This document shows, one piece after another, positions 15,001-30,000 of a stretch of DNA of 64,000 nucleotides. Positions within the stretch are counted from its first letter, which is position 1. Each line of letters starts with the position of its first letter. This stretch comes from Eledone cirrhosa (taxonomy: Eukaryota). The translations under genes were made by a program, and so were the position numbers. The stretch is from positions 25,234,001 to 25,298,000 of the forward strand of contig OZ024744.1 in assembly GCA_964016885.1 (NCBI GenBank), in the 5' to 3' direction. A model generated the notes under the pieces. That model saw nothing but the letters and a program-made list of their open reading frames with translations. It did not search any database and was not told the origin of the DNA.

Positions 15001-18000
15001 TCTATTGTGTACCATTTCCACTGTCTCTACTGTAATAGCTCTACTGTCTCCAGTGTACCATCTCTACTGTCGTTAGTGTACCAGCTCTATCGTCTCTAGT
15101 GTACCAGTTCAACTGTCACTAGTGTACCAGCTCTATTGTCTCTAGTGTTCCAGCTCTCTTTTCTCTAGTGTACCAGTTCAACTGTCTCTAGTGTACCAGC
15201 TCTTCTGTCTCTAGTGTACCAGGTCCACTGTCTCTAGTGTACCAGCTCTATTGTCTCTAGTGTACAAGCTCCAATGTCTCTAGTGTACCAGCTGTACTGT
15301 CTCTGGTGTACCAGCACTACTGTCTCTAGTGTATAAACTCTACTGTCTCTAGTGTACCAAATCTACTCTCTCTTGTGTACCAGCTCCAGTGTTTCTAGTG
15401 TACCAGCTCCTCTGTCTCTAGTGTACCAGCTCAAATGTCTCTAGTGTACCAGCTCCACTGTCTCTAGTGTACCAGCTCTATTGTATCTAGTGTACCAGCG
15501 CCACTGTCTCTAGTGTACCAGCTCTATCGTCTCTAGTGTACCAGTTCAACCGTCTCTAGTGTACCAGCTCCACTGTCTCTAGTGTACCAGCTCAAATGTC
15601 TCTAGTGTACCAGCTCCACTGTCTCTAGTGTACCAGCTCTATTGTATCTAGTGTACCAGCTCCACAGTCTCTACTGTACCAGCTCTATTGTCTCTAGTGT
15701 ACCAGTTCAACCGTCTCTAGTGTACCAACTCTATTGTCTCTAGTGTACCAGCTCTACTGTGACTAGTGTACCAGCTCCATTGTCTCTAGTGTACCAGCTC
15801 TATTTTATCTAGTGTACCAGTTCTACTGTCTCTAGTGTACCAGCTCTGTTGTCTCTAGTGTACGAGACACACTGTATCTAGTGTACCAACTCTACTGTCT
15901 CTAGTGTCCCATCTCTACAGTCTCTAGTGTACCAGCTCCACTGTCTCTAGTGTACCCGCTCAAATGTCTCTAGTGTACCAGCTCCACTGTCTCTAGTGTA
16001 CCAGCTCTATTGTATCTAGTGTACCAGCTCCACAGTCTCTAGTGTACCAGCTCTATTGTCTCTAGTGTACCAGTTCAACCGTCTCTAGTGTACCAACTCT
16101 ATTGTCTCTAGTGTACCAGCTCCACTGTTTCTAGTGTACCAGGTCTACTGTGTCTAGTGTACCAGCTCTACTGTCTGTAGTGTACCAGTTCAACTATCTC
16201 TAGTGTACCAGCTCTACTGTGACTAGTGTACCAGCTCCATTGTCTCTAGTGTACCAGTTCAACCGTCTCTAGTGTACCAACTCTATTGTCTCTAGTGTAC
16301 CAGCTCCACTGTTTCTAGTGTACCAGGTCTACTGTGTCTAGTGTACCAGCTCTACTGTCTGTAGTGTACCAGTTCAACTATCTCTAGTGTACCAGTTCTA
16401 CTGTCTCTAGTGTACCAGCTCTGTTGTCTCTAGTGTACCAGCTCTATTGTCTCTAGTGTACCAGACACACTGTATCTAGTGTACCAGCTCTATTGTCTCT
16501 AGTGTACCAGACACACTGTCTCTATTGTCCCAGCTCTACAGTCTCTAGTGTACCAGCTCTATTGTCTCTAGTGTACTAGCTCTACTGTCTCTAGTGTACC
16601 AACTCTATTGTCTCTAGTGTACCAACTCTACTGTCTCTGGTGTACCAGCTCTACTGTCTCTAGTGTACCAGCTATGCTGCCTCTAGTGTACCAGCTCCAC
16701 TGTCTCTAGTGTACCAGCTCTACTGTCTCTAGTGTACCAGTTCAACTGTCACTAGTGTACTAGTTCTACTGTCTCTAGTGTACCAGCCCTATTGTCTCTA
16801 GTGTACCAGCTCTATTGTCTCTAGTGTACCAGCTCTGCTGTCTCTAGTGTACCAACTCTATTGTCTCTAGTGTACCAGCTCTACTGTCTCTAGTGTACCA
16901 GCTCTGCTGTCTCTAGTGTACCAACTCTATTGTCTCTAGTGTACCAGTTCCAATGTCTCTAGTGTACCAGCTCTACTGTCTCTAGTGTACCAGCTCTACT
17001 GTCTCTAGTGTGCCAGCTCTATTGTCTCTAGTGTACCAGTTCAACTGTCTCTAGTGTACCAACTCTATTGTATCTAGTGTACCAGCTCCACTGTCTCTAG
17101 TGTACCAGGTCTACTGTGTCTAGTGTACCAGCTCTACTGTCGCTAGTGTACCAGCTCTACTATCTCTAGTGCACCAGCTCCACTGTCACTAGTGTACCAG
17201 CTCTATTGTCTCTAGAGTACCATTTCTACTGTCTCCAGTATACCAGCTCTATTGTCTCTAGTGTACCAGCTCCAATCTCTCTAGTGTACCAGTTCAACTG
17301 TCTCTAGTGTACCAGCTCTATTGTCTCTAGTGTTCCAGCTCTCTTTTCTCTAGTGTACCAGTTCAACTGTCTCTAGTGTACCAGCTCTTCTGTCTCTAGT
17401 GTACCAGCTCCACTGTCTCTAGTGTACCAGCTCTATTGACTCTAGTGTACCAGCTCCAATGTCTCTAGTGTACTAGCTCTACTGTCTCTGGTGTACCAGC
17501 ACTACTGTCTCTAGTGTATGAACTCTACTGTCTCTAGTGTACCAAATCTACTGTCTCTAGTGTACCAGCTCCAGTGTTTCTAGTGTACCAGCTCCTCTGT
17601 CTCTAGTGTACCAGCTCAAATGTCTCTAGTGTACCAGCTCCACTGTCTCTAGTGTACCAGCTCTATTGTATCTAGTGTACCAGCTCCACTGTCTCTAGTG
17701 TACCAGCTCTATCGTCTCTAGTGTACCAGTTCAACCGTCTCTAGTGTACCAACTCTATTGTCTCTAGTGTACCAGCTCCACTGTTTCTAGTGTACCAGGT
17801 CTACTGTGTCTAGTGTACCAGCTCTACTGTCTGTAGTGTAGCAGCTCTACTGTCTCTAGTGTACCAGCTCTACTGTGACTAGTGTACCAGCTCCATTGTC
17901 TCTAGTGTACCAGCTCTATTTTATCTAGTGTACCAGTTCTACTGTCTCTAGTGTACCAGCTCTGTTGTCTCTAGTGTACCAGACACACTGTATCTAGTGT

Positions 18001-21000
18001 ACCAACTCTACTGTCTCTGGTGTCCCAGCTCTACAGTCTCTAGTGTACCAGCTCCACTGTCTCTAGTGTACCAGCTCCACTGTCTCTAGTGTACCAGCTC
18101 AAATGTCTCTAGTGTACCAGCTCCACTGTCTCTAGTGTACCAGCTCTATTGTATCTAGTGTACCAGCTCCATTGTCTCTAGTGTACCAGCTCTATTGTCT
18201 CTAGTGTACCAGTTCAACCGTCTCTAGTGTACCAACTCTATTGTCTCTAGTGTACCAGCTCCACTGTTTCTAGTGTACCAGGTCTACTGTGTCTAGTGTA
18301 CCAGCTCTACTGTCTGTAGTGTACCAGTTCAACTGTCTCTAGTGTACCAGCTCTACTGTGACTAGTGTACCAGCTCCATTGTCTCTAGTGTACCAGCTCT
18401 ATTTTATCTAGTGTACCAGTTCTACTGTCTCTAGTGTACCAGCTCTGTTGTCTCTAGTGTACCAGCCCTATTGTCTCTAGTGTACCAACACTACTGTCTC
18501 TAGGTTACCAGCTCTATTGTCTCTAGTGTACCAGCTCTACTCTCTCTAGTGTACCAGCTCTACTGTCTCTAGTGTACCAGCTCTATTGTCTCTAGTGTAC
18601 CAGCTCACTGGTTCTAGTGTTCCAGCTCTACTGTCTCTTGTGTACCAGCTCCACTGTCTCTAGTGTACCAGCTCCACTGTCTCTAGTGTACCATCTCCAC
18701 TGTCTCTATTGTAACAGCTCTATTGTCTTTAGTGTACCAGCTCCACTGTGTCTAGTGTACCAGCTCCACTGTCTCTAGTGTACCAGCTCTATTGTCTCTA
18801 GTGTACCAGCTCCAATCTCTCTAGTGTACCAGTTCAACTGTCACTAGTGTACCAGCTCTATTGTCTCTAGTGTTCCAGCTCTCTTTTCTCTAGTGTACCA
18901 GTTCAACTGTCTCTCGTGTACCAGCTCTTCTGTCTCTAGTGTACCAGCTCCACTGTCTCTAGTGTACCAGCTCTATTGTCTCTAGTGTACCAGCTCCAAT
19001 GTCTCTAGTGTACCAGCTCTACTGTGACTAGTGTACCAGCTCCACTGTCTCTAGTGTACCAGCTCTATTGTCTCTAGTGTACCAGCCCTATTGTCTCTAG
19101 TGTACCAACACTACTGTCTCTAGGTTACCAGCTCTATTGTCTCTAGTGTACCAGCTCTACTCTCTCTAGTGTACCAGCTCTACTGTCACTAGTGTACCAG
19201 CTCTATTGTCTCTAGTGTACCAGCCCCTGGTTCTAGTGTTCCAGCTCTACTGTCTCTTGTGTACCAGCTCTACTGTCTCTAGTGTACCAGCTCTATTGTC
19301 TCTAGTGTACCAGCTCACTGGTTCTAGTGTTCCAGCTCTACTGTCTCTTGTGTACCAGCTCCACTGTCTCTCGTGTACCAGCTCCACTGTCTCTAGTGTA
19401 CCAGCTCCACTGTCTCTATTGTAACAGCTCTATTGTCTTTAGTGTACCAGCTCCACTGTGTCTAGTGTACCAGCTCCACTGTCTCTAGTGTACCAGCTCT
19501 ATTGTCTCTAGTGTACCAGCTCTACTATCTCTAGTGCACCAGCTCCACTGTCACTAGTGTACCAGCTCTATTGTCTCTAGAGTACCAGTTCTACTGTCTC
19601 CAGTATACCAGCTCTATTGTCTCTAGTGTTCCAGCTCCAATCTCTCTAGTGTACCAGTTCAACTGTCACTAGTGTACCAGCTCTATTGTCTCTAGTGTTC
19701 CAGCTCTCTTTTCTCTAGTGTACCAGTTCAACTGTCTCTAGTGTACCAGCTCTTCTGTCTCTAGTGTACCAGCTCCACTGTCTCTAGTGTACCAGCTCTA
19801 TTGTCTCTAGTGTACCAGCTCCAATGTCTCTAGTGTACCAGCTGTACTGTCTCTGGTGTACCAGCACTACTGTCTCTAGTGTATAAACTCTACTGTCTCT
19901 AGTGTACCAAATCTACTGTCTCTAGTGTACCAGCTCCAGTGTTTCTAGTGTACCAGCTCCTCTGTCTCTAGTGTACCAGCTCAAATGTCTCAAGTGTACC
20001 AGCTCCACTGTCTCTAGTGTACCAGCTCTATTGTATCTAGTGTACCAGCTCCACTGTCTCTAGTGTACCAGCTCTATCGTCTCTAGTGTACCAGTTCAAC
20101 CGTCTCTAGTGTACCAGCTCCACTGTTTCTAGTGTACCAGGTCTACTGTGTCTAGTGTACCAGCACTACTGTCTGTAGTGTAGCAGCTCTACTGTCTTTA
20201 GTGTACCAGCTCTACTGTGACTAGTGTACCAGCTCCATTGTCTCTAGTGTACCAGCTCTATTTTATCTAGTGTACCAGTTCTACTGTCTCTAGTGTACCA
20301 GCTCTGTTGTCTCTAGTGTACCAGACACACTGTATCTAGTGTACCAACTCTACTGTCTCTAGTGTCCCATCTCTACAGTCTCTAGTGTACCAGCTCCACT
20401 GTCTCTAGTGTACCAGCTCAAATGTCTCTAGTGTACCAGCTCCACTGTCTCCAGTGTACCAGCTCTATTGTATCTAGTGTAACAGCTCCACAGTCTCTAG
20501 TGTACCAGCCCTATTGTCTCTAGTGTACCAGTTCAACCGTCTCTAGTGTACCAACTCTATTGTCTCTAGTGTACCAGCTCCATTGTCTCTAGTGTACCAG
20601 CTCTATGTTATCTAGTGTACCAGTTCTACTGTCTCTAGTGTACCAGCTCTGCTGTCTCTAGTGTACCAGCTCTATTGTCTCTAGTGTACCAGACACACTG
20701 TATCTAGTGTACCAGCTCTATTGTCTCTAGTGTACCAGACACACTGTCTCTATTGTCCCAGCTCTACAGTCTCTAGTGTACCAGCTCTATTGTCTCTAGT
20801 GTACTAGCTCTACTGTCTCTAGTGTACCAACTCTATTGTCTCTAGTGTACCAACTCTACTGTCTCTGGTGTACCAGCTCTACTGTCTCTAGTGTACCAGC
20901 TATGCTACCTCTAGTGTACCAGCTCCACTGTCTCTAGTGTACCAGCTCTACTGTCTCTAGTGTACCAGTTCAACTGTCACTAGTGTACTAGTTCTACTGT

Positions 21001-24000
21001 CTCTAGTGTACCAGCCCTATTGTCTCTAGTGTACCAGCTCTATTGTCTCTAGTGTACCAGCTCTGCTGTCTCTAGTGTACCAACTCTATTGTCTCTAGTG
21101 TACCAGCTCTACTGTCTCTAGTGTACCAGCTCTGCTGTCTCTAGTGTACCAACTCTATTGTCTCTAGTGTACCAGTTCAACTGTCTCTAGAGTACCAACT
21201 CTATTGTATCTAGTGTACCAGCTCCACTGTCTCTAGTGTACCAGGTCTACTGTGTCTAGTGTACCAGCTCTACTGTCGCTAGTGTACCAGCTCTACTATC
21301 TCTAGTGCACCAGCTCCACTCTCACTAGTGTACCAGCTCTATTGTCTCTAGAGTACCAGTTCTACTGTCTCCAGTATACCAGCTCTATAGTCTCTAGTGT
21401 ACCAGCTCCAATCTCTCTAGTGTACCAGTTCAACTGTCACTAGTGTACCAGCTCTATTGACTCTAGGGTTCCAGCTCTCTTTTCTCTAGTGTACCAGTTC
21501 AACTGTCTCTAGTGTACCAGCTCTTCTGTCTCTAGTGTACCAGCTCCACTGTCTCTAGTGTACCAGCTCTATTGACTCTAGTGTACCAGCTCCAATGTCT
21601 CTAGTGTACTAGCTCTACTGTCTCTGGTGTACCAGCACTACTGTCTCTAGTGTATAAACTCTACTGTCTCTAGTGTACCAAATCTAGTGTCTCTAGTGTA
21701 CCAGCTCCAGTGTTTCTAGTGTACCAGCTCCTCTGTCTCTAGTGTACCAGCTCAAATGTCTCTAGTGTACCAGCTCCACTGTCTCTAGTGTACCAGCTCT
21801 ATTGTATCTAGCGTACCAGCTCCACTGTCTCTAGTGTACCAGCTCTATCGTCTCTAGTGTACCAGTTCAACCGTCTCTAGTGTACCAACTCTATTGTCTC
21901 TAGTGTACCAGCTCCACTGTTTCTAGTGTACCAGGTCTACTGTGTCTAGTGTACCAGCTCTACTGTCTGTAGTATACCAGCTCTGCTGTCTCTAGTGTAC
22001 CACCTCTACTGTCTCCAGTTTACCAGCTCCAATGTCTCTAGTGTACCAACTCTACTGTCTCTAGTGTACCAGCTCGACTGTCTCTAGTGTACCAGCTCCA
22101 ATGTCTCTAGTTTACCACCTCTATTGTCTCTAGTGTACCAGCTCTACTGTATCTAGTGTACCAGCTCTATTCTCTCTAGTGTACCAGTTCTACTGTCTCT
22201 AATGTACCAGCTATATTGTCTCTAGTGTACCAACTCTACTGTCTCTAGTGTACTAGCTCCAATGTCTCTAGTGTACCAGCTCTACTGTCTCTAGTGTACC
22301 AACTCTACTGTCTCCAGTTTACCAGCTCTACTGTCTCTAGTGTACCAACTCTACTGTCTCTAGTGTACCAGCTCGACTGTCTCTAGTGTACCAGCTCCAA
22401 TGTCTCTAGTTTACCACCTCTATTGTCTCTAGTGTACCAGCTCTACTGTATCTAGTGTACCAGCTCCACTCTCTCTAGTGTACCAGCTCCATTGTCTCTA
22501 GTGTACCAGCTCTATTGTCTCTAGTGTACCAGTTCAACCGTCTCTAGTGTACCAACTCTATTGTCTCTAGTGTACCAGCTCCACTGTTTCTAGTGTACCA
22601 GGTCTACTGTGTCTAGTGTACCAGCTCTACTGTCTGTAGTGTACCAGTTCAACTGTCTCTAGTGTACCAGCTCTACTGTGACTAGTGTACCAGCTCCATT
22701 GTCTCTCGTGTACCAACTCTACTGTTTCTAGTGTACCAGCTCCACTGTCTCTAGTGTACCAGCTCGACTGTCTATAGTGTACCAGCTCTACTGTCTGTAG
22801 TGTAACAGCTCTATTGTCTTTAGTGTACCAGCTCCACTGTCTCTAGTGTAACAGCTCTATTGTCTTTAGTGTACCAGCTCCACTGTCTCTAGTGTACCAG
22901 CTCTATTGTCTCTAGTGTACCAGCTCCACTGTCTCTAGTGTACGAGCCCCACTGTCTCTAGTGTAACAGCTCTATTGTCTTTAGTGTACCAGCTCCACCG
23001 TCTCTAGTGTACCAGCTCCAATGTCTCTAGTGTACCAGATCTACTCTTTCTAGTGTACCAGCTCTACTGTCTCTAGTGTACCAGCTCTATTGTCTCTAGT
23101 GTACCAGCACCACTGTCTCTAGTTTACCAGCTCCACTGTCTCTAGTGTACCAGCTCCACTGTCTCTAGTGTACCAGCTCTATTGTCTCTAGTGTACCAGC
23201 ACTACTGTCTCTAGTGTACTAGCTCTATTGTCTCTAGTGTACCAGCTCTACTCTCTCTAGTGTACCAGCTCCACTGTCTCTAGTGTACCAGCTCCAATAT
23301 CTCTAGTGTACCAGCTCCAATGTCTTTAGTGTACCACCCCTACTGTCTCTGGTGTACCAGCTCTACTGTCTCTAGTGTACCAGCTCCACTGTCTCTAGTG
23401 TACCAGCTCTATTGTCTCTATTATACCAGCTCCAATGTCACTAGTGTACTAGCTCTACTGTCTCTGGTGTACCAGCTCTACTGTCTCTAGTGTACCAACT
23501 CTACTGTATCTAGTGCACCAGCTACACTGTTTCTAGTGTACCAGCTTCACTGTCTCTAGTGTACCAGCTCTATTGTCTCTAGTGTACCAGCTCCAATGTC
23601 TCTAGTGTACCAGCTCTACTGTCTCTAGTGTACCAGCTCTACTGTCTCTAGTGTATCAGCTCCAATGTCTCAAGTGTACCAGCTCTATTGTCTCTAGTGT
23701 ACCAGGTCTACTGTCTCTAGTGTACCAACTCCACTCTCTCTAGTGTACCAGCTCTACTGTCTCTGATGTACCAGCACTCTTGTCTCTAGTGTACCAGCTC
23801 TATTGTCTCTAGTGTAACAGCTCTACTGTGTCTATTGTACCAGCTCGACTGTCTCTTGTGTATGCGCTCTATTGTCTCTAGTGTACCGACTTTACTGTCT
23901 CTAGTTTACTAGGTCCACTTTATCTCGTGAACCATCTCTATTGTCTCTAGTGTACTACTACCAGCTCTACTCTCACTAGTGTACCAACTCTGCTGTCTCT

Positions 24001-27000
24001 AGTGTACCAGCTCCACTATCTCTAGTGTACCAACTCTACTGTCTCTAGTGTACAAGCTCTACTGTCACTAGTGTACCAGCTCCACTGTCTCTAGTGTAAC
24101 ATCTCTATTGTCTCTAGTGCACCAGCTCTACTGTCTCTAGTGTACCAGCTCTGCTGTCTCTTGTGTACCATTTCTGCTGTCTCTACTGTAACAGCTCTAC
24201 TGTATGTAGTATACCAGCTCTACTGTCTCTAGTGTACCAGCTCTACTGTCTCTTGTGTACCAGCACCACTGTTTCCAGTGTACCAGCTCTACTGTCTCTA
24301 GTGTACCAGTTCTACTGTCTCTAGTGTATCAGCTCTACTGTCTCTATTGTACCAGCTCTATTGTCTCTCGTGTACCAGCTCTACTGTCTCTAGTGTACCA
24401 GCTCTACTGTATCTTGTGTACCAACTCCACTTTCTCTAGTGTACCAGCTCCACTGTTTCTAGTGTTCCAGCTCTACTGTCTCTTGTGTACCAGCTCCACT
24501 GTCTCTAGTGTAACAGCTCTTTTGTCTCTAATGTACCTGCTCTACTATCTCTAGTGTACCAGCTGCACTGTCTCTAGTGTAACAGCTCTATTGTCTTTAG
24601 TGTACCAGCTCCACTGTCTCTAGTGTAACAGCTCTATTGTCTTTAGTGTACCAGCTCCACTGTTTCTAGTGTACCAGCTCTATTGTCTCTAGTGTACCAG
24701 CTCTACTATCTCTAGTGTACCAGCTCCACTGTCACTAGTGTACCAGCTCTACTCTCTCTAGTGTACCAGCTCTACTGTCTCCAGTATACCAGCTCTATTG
24801 TCTCTAGTGTACCAGCTCCACTGTCTCTAGTGTACCAGCTCTATTGTCTCTAGTGTACCAGCTCTATTGTCTCTAGTGTACCAGCTCTATTGTCTCTAGT
24901 GTACCAGTTCAACTGTCTCTAGTGTACCAGCTCTACTGTCTCTAGTGTACCAGCTCTATTGTCTGTAGTGTACCAGCTCTACTGACTCTAGTGTACCAGC
25001 TCTATTGTCTCTAGTGGACGAGCTCTGCTGCCTCTAGTGTACCAGGTCCACTGTCTCTAGTGTAACAGCTGTATTGTCTTTAGTGTACCAGCTCCACTGT
25101 CTCTAGTGTACCAGCTCTATTGTCTCTAATGTACCAGCTCTACTATCTCTAGTGTACCAGCTCCACTGTCTCTAGTGTAACAGCTCTATTGTCTTTAGTG
25201 TACCAGCTCCACTGTCTCTAGTATACCAGCTCTATTGTCTCTAGTGTACCAGCTCCACCGGCTCTAGTGTACGAGCCCCACTGTCTCTAGTGTAACAGCT
25301 CTATTGTCTTTAGTGTACCAGCTCCACCGTCTCTAGTGTACCAGCTCTATTGTCTCTGATGTACCAGCACTCTTGTCTCTAGTCTACCAGCTCTATTGTC
25401 TCTAGTGTAACAGCTCTACTGTGTCTATTGTACCAGCTCGACTGTCTCTTGTGTATGCGCTCTATTGTCTCTAGTGTACCGACTTTACTGTCTCTAGTTT
25501 ACTAGGTCCACTTTATCTCGTGAACCATCTCTATTGTCTCTAGTGTACTACTACCAGCTCTACTCTCACTAGTGTACCAACTCTGCTGTCTCTAGTGTAC
25601 CAGCTCCACTATCTCTAGTGTACCAACTCTACTGTCTCTAGTGTACAAGCTCTACTGTCACTAGTGTACCAGCTTCACTGTCTCTAGTGTAACATCTCTA
25701 TTGTCTCTAGTGTACCAGCTCTACTGTCTCTAGTGTACCAGCTCTGCTGTCTCTTGTGTACCATTTCCGCTGTGTCTACTGTAACAGCTCTACTGTATGT
25801 AGTATACCAGCTCTACTGTCTCTAGTGTACCAGCTCTACTGTCTCTTGTGTACCAGCACCACTGTTTCCAGTGTACCAGCTCTACTGTCTCTAGTGTACC
25901 AGTTCTACTGTCTCTAGTGTATCAGCTCTACTGTCTCTATTGTACCAGCTCTATTGTCTCTCGTGTACCAGCTCTACTGTCTCTAGTGTACCAGCTCTAC
26001 TGTATCTTGTGTACCAACTCCACTTTCTCTAGTGTACCAGCTCTACTGTCTCTAGTGTACCAGCTCTATTGTCTCTAGTGTACCAGCTCCACTGTTTCTA
26101 GTGTTCCAGCTCTACTGTCTCTTGTGTACCAGCTCCACTGTCTCTAGTGTAACAGCTCTATTGTCTCTAGTGTAACAGCTCTATTGTCTTTAGTGTACCA
26201 GCTCCACTGTCTCTAGTGTAACAGCTCTATTGTCTTTAGTGTACCAGCTCCACTGTCTCTAGTGTACCAGCTCTTTTGTCTCTAATGTACCTGCTCTACT
26301 ATCTCTAGTGTACCAGCTGCACTGTCTCTAGTGTAACAGCTCTATTGTCTTTAGTGTACCAGCTCCACTGTCTCTAGTGTAACAGCTCTATTGTCTTTAG
26401 TGTACCAGCTCCACTGTCTCTAGTGTACCAGCTCTATTGTCTCTAGTGTACCAGCTCTACTATCTCTAGTGTACCAGCTGCACTGTCACTAGTGTACCAG
26501 CTCTACTCTCTCTAGTGTACCAGCTCTACTGTCTCCAGTATACCAGCTCTATTGTCTCTAGTGTACCAGCTCCACTGTCTCTAGTGTACCAGCTCTATTG
26601 TCTCTAGTGTACCAGCTCTATTGTCTCTAGTGTACCAGCTCTATTGTCTCTAGTGTACCAGTTCAACTGTCTCTAGTGTACCAGCTCTACTGTCTCTAGT
26701 GTACCAGCTCTACTGTCTCTAGTGTACCAGCTCTATTGTCTGTAGTGTACCAGCTCTACTGACTCTAGTGTACCAGCTCTATTGTCTCTAGTGGACGAGC
26801 TCTGCTGCCTCTAGTGTACCAGGTCCACTGTCTCTAGTGTAACAGCTCTATTGTCTTTAGTGTACCAGCTCCACTGTCTCTAGTATACCAGCTCTATTGT
26901 CTCTAGTGTACCAGGTCCACTGTCTCTAGTGTAACAGCTCTATTGTCTTTAGTGTACCAGCTCCACTGTCTCTAGTGTACCAGCTCTATTGTCTCTAATG

Positions 27001-30000
27001 TACCAGCTCTACTATCTCTAGTGTACGAGCCCCACTGTCTCTAGTGTAACAGCTCTATTGTCTTTAGTGTACCAGCTCCACCGTCTCTAGTGTACCAGCT
27101 CTATTGTCTCTAGTGTACCAGCTCTACTATCTCTAGTGTACCAGCTCCACTGTCACTAGTGTACCAGCTCTACTCTCTCTAGTGTACCAGCTCTACTGTC
27201 TCCAGTATACCAGCTCTATTGTCTCTAGTGTACCAGCTCCACTGTCTGTAGTGTACCAGCTCTGCTGTCTCTATAGTACCAACTCTATTGACTCCAGTGT
27301 ACCAACTCCACTGTCTCTAGTGTACCAGCTCTATTGTCTCTAGTGCACCAGCTCAATTGTCTCTAGTGTACCAGCTCCACTGTCTCTAGTGTACCAGCTC
27401 TATTGTCTCTAGTGTACCAGTTCAACTGTCTCTAGTGTACCAGCTCTACTGTCTCTAGTGTACCAGCTCTACTGTCTCTAGTATACCAGCTCTATTTTCT
27501 CTAGTGTACCAGCTCTACTGTCTCTAGTGTACCAGCTCTATTGTCTCTAGTGTACCAGCTCTATTATCTCTAGTGTACCAGCTCTGCTGCCTCTAGTGTA
27601 CCAGGTCCACTGTTCTCTAGTGTACCAGCTCTACTGTCTCTAGTGTACCACCTCTCCTGTCTCTAGTGTACCAACTCTACTGTCTCTAGTGTACCAGCTC
27701 TACTGTGTCTAGTGTACCAGCTCCATTGTCTCTAGTGTACCAGCTCTATTGTCTCTAGTGTACCAGCACCAATGTCTCTAGTGTACCAGCTCTACTGTCT
27801 CCAGTTTACCAGCTCCAATGTCTCTAGTGTACCAACTCTACTGTCTCTAGTGTACCAGCTCGACTGTCTCTAGTGTACCAGCTCCAATGTCTCTAGTTTA
27901 CCACCTCTATTGTCTCTAGTGTACCAGCTCTACTGTATATCGTGTACCAGCTCCACTCTCTCTAGTATACCAGCTCTATTGTCTCTAGTGTACCAGCTCT
28001 GCTGTCTCTCGTGTACCAACTCTACTGTCTCTAGTGTACTAGCTCTACTGTCTCCAGTGTACCAGCTCTACTGTGTCTAGTGTACTAGCTCCATTGTCTC
28101 TAGTGTACCAGCTCTATTGTCTCTAGTGTACTCGTTCTACTGTCTCTAGTGTTCCAGCTCTATTGTCTCTAGTGCACCATCGCTATTGTCTCTAGTGTAC
28201 CAGCTCTATTGTCTCTAGTGTACCAGCTCTATTGTCTCTTGTGTACCAGCCACACTGTCTCTAGTGTACCAGCTCTACAGTCTCTATTGTACCAGGACCA
28301 CTGCTCTCTAGTGTACCAGCTCTACTGTCTCTAGTGTACAAGCCACACTGTCTCTAGTGTACCTGCTCTACAGTCTCTATTGTACCAGGTCCACTGTTCT
28401 CTAGAGTACCATTTCTACTGTCTCTAGTGTACAAGCTCTACTGTATCTAGTGTACCAGCTCCATTGTCTCTGGTGTACCAGCTCCATTGTCTCTAGTGTA
28501 CCAGCTCTACTGTCTCTAGTGTACCAACTCTACTGTATCTAGTGTACCAGCTCTATCGTCGCTAGTGTACCAGCTCTATTGTCTCTAGTGTACCAGCTCT
28601 ACTGTCTCTAGTGTACCAACTCTACTGTATCTAGTGTACCAGCTCTATTGTCTCTAGTGTACCAGCTCTATTGTCTCTAGTGAACCAACTCTATTGTTTC
28701 TAGTGTATCAGCTCTACTGTCTCTATTTTACCAACTCTACTGTCTCTAGTGTACCAGCTCCACTCTTTCTAGTGTACCAGCACTACTGTCTCTAGTGTAA
28801 CAGCTCTATTGTCTTTAGTGTACCAGCTCTACTGTCTCTTGTGTACCAGCTCTATTGTCTCTAGTGCACCATTTCCACTGTCTCTAGTGTAACAGCTCTA
28901 CTGTCTCTAGTGTACCAGCTCTACTGTCTCTAGTGTACCAGCTCTACTGTCTCTTGTGTACCAGCTCCACTCTCTCTAATGTACCAGCTCAACTGTTTCT
29001 AGTGTTCCAGCTCTACTGTCTCTTGTGTACCAGCTCCACTGTCTCTAGTGTACCAGCTCCACTGTCTCTAGTGTACCAGATCTATTGTCTATAGTGTAAC
29101 AGCTCTATTGTCTTTAGTGTTCCAACTCCACTGTCTCTTGTGTACCAGCTCCACTGTCTCTAGTCTAACAGCTCTATTGTCTTTAGTGTACCAGCTCCAC
29201 TGTCTCTAGTGTACCAGCACCACCGTCTCTAATGTACCAGCACTCCTGTCTCTAGTGTACCAGCTCTATAGTCTCTAGTGTACCAGCTCTACTGTGTCTA
29301 TTGTACAAGCTCGACTGTCTTTTGTGTATCCGCTCTATTGTCTCTAGTGTACCAACGTTACTGTCTCTGGTCTACTAGGTCCACTTTATCTCGTGTACCA
29401 GCTCTATTGTCTCTAATATACTACTACCAGCTCTACTCTCACTAGTGTTCCAGCTCTACTGTCTCTAGTGTACCAGCTCCACTTTCTCTAGTGTACCAGC
29501 TCCACTGTCTTTAGTGTACAGGCTCTATTGTCTCTAGTGGAACAGCTCTATTGTCTTTAGTGAACCAGCTCCACTGTCTCTAGTGTACCAGCTCCAATGT
29601 CTCTAGTGTAACATCTCTATTGTCTTTAGTGTACCAGCTCCACTGTCTCTAGTGTACCAGCTATATTGTCTCTAGTGTACCAGCTCTACTATCTCTAGTG
29701 TACCAGCTCCACTCTCTCTAGTGTACCAGCTCTATTGTCTTTAGTGTACCAGCTCCACTGTCTCTAGTATACCAGCTCTATTGTCTCTAGTGTACCAGCT
29801 CCACTGTCTCTAGTGTACCAGCTCTACTGTCTCTAGTGTACCAGCTCTACTTTCTCTTGTGTACCAGCTCCACTGTCTCTAATGTACCAGCACTCCTGTC
29901 TCTAGTGTACCAGCTCTACTGTCTCTAGTATACCAGCTCCACTTTCTCTAGTGTACCAGCTCCACTGTCTTTAGTGTACAGGCTCTATTGTCTCTAGTGT

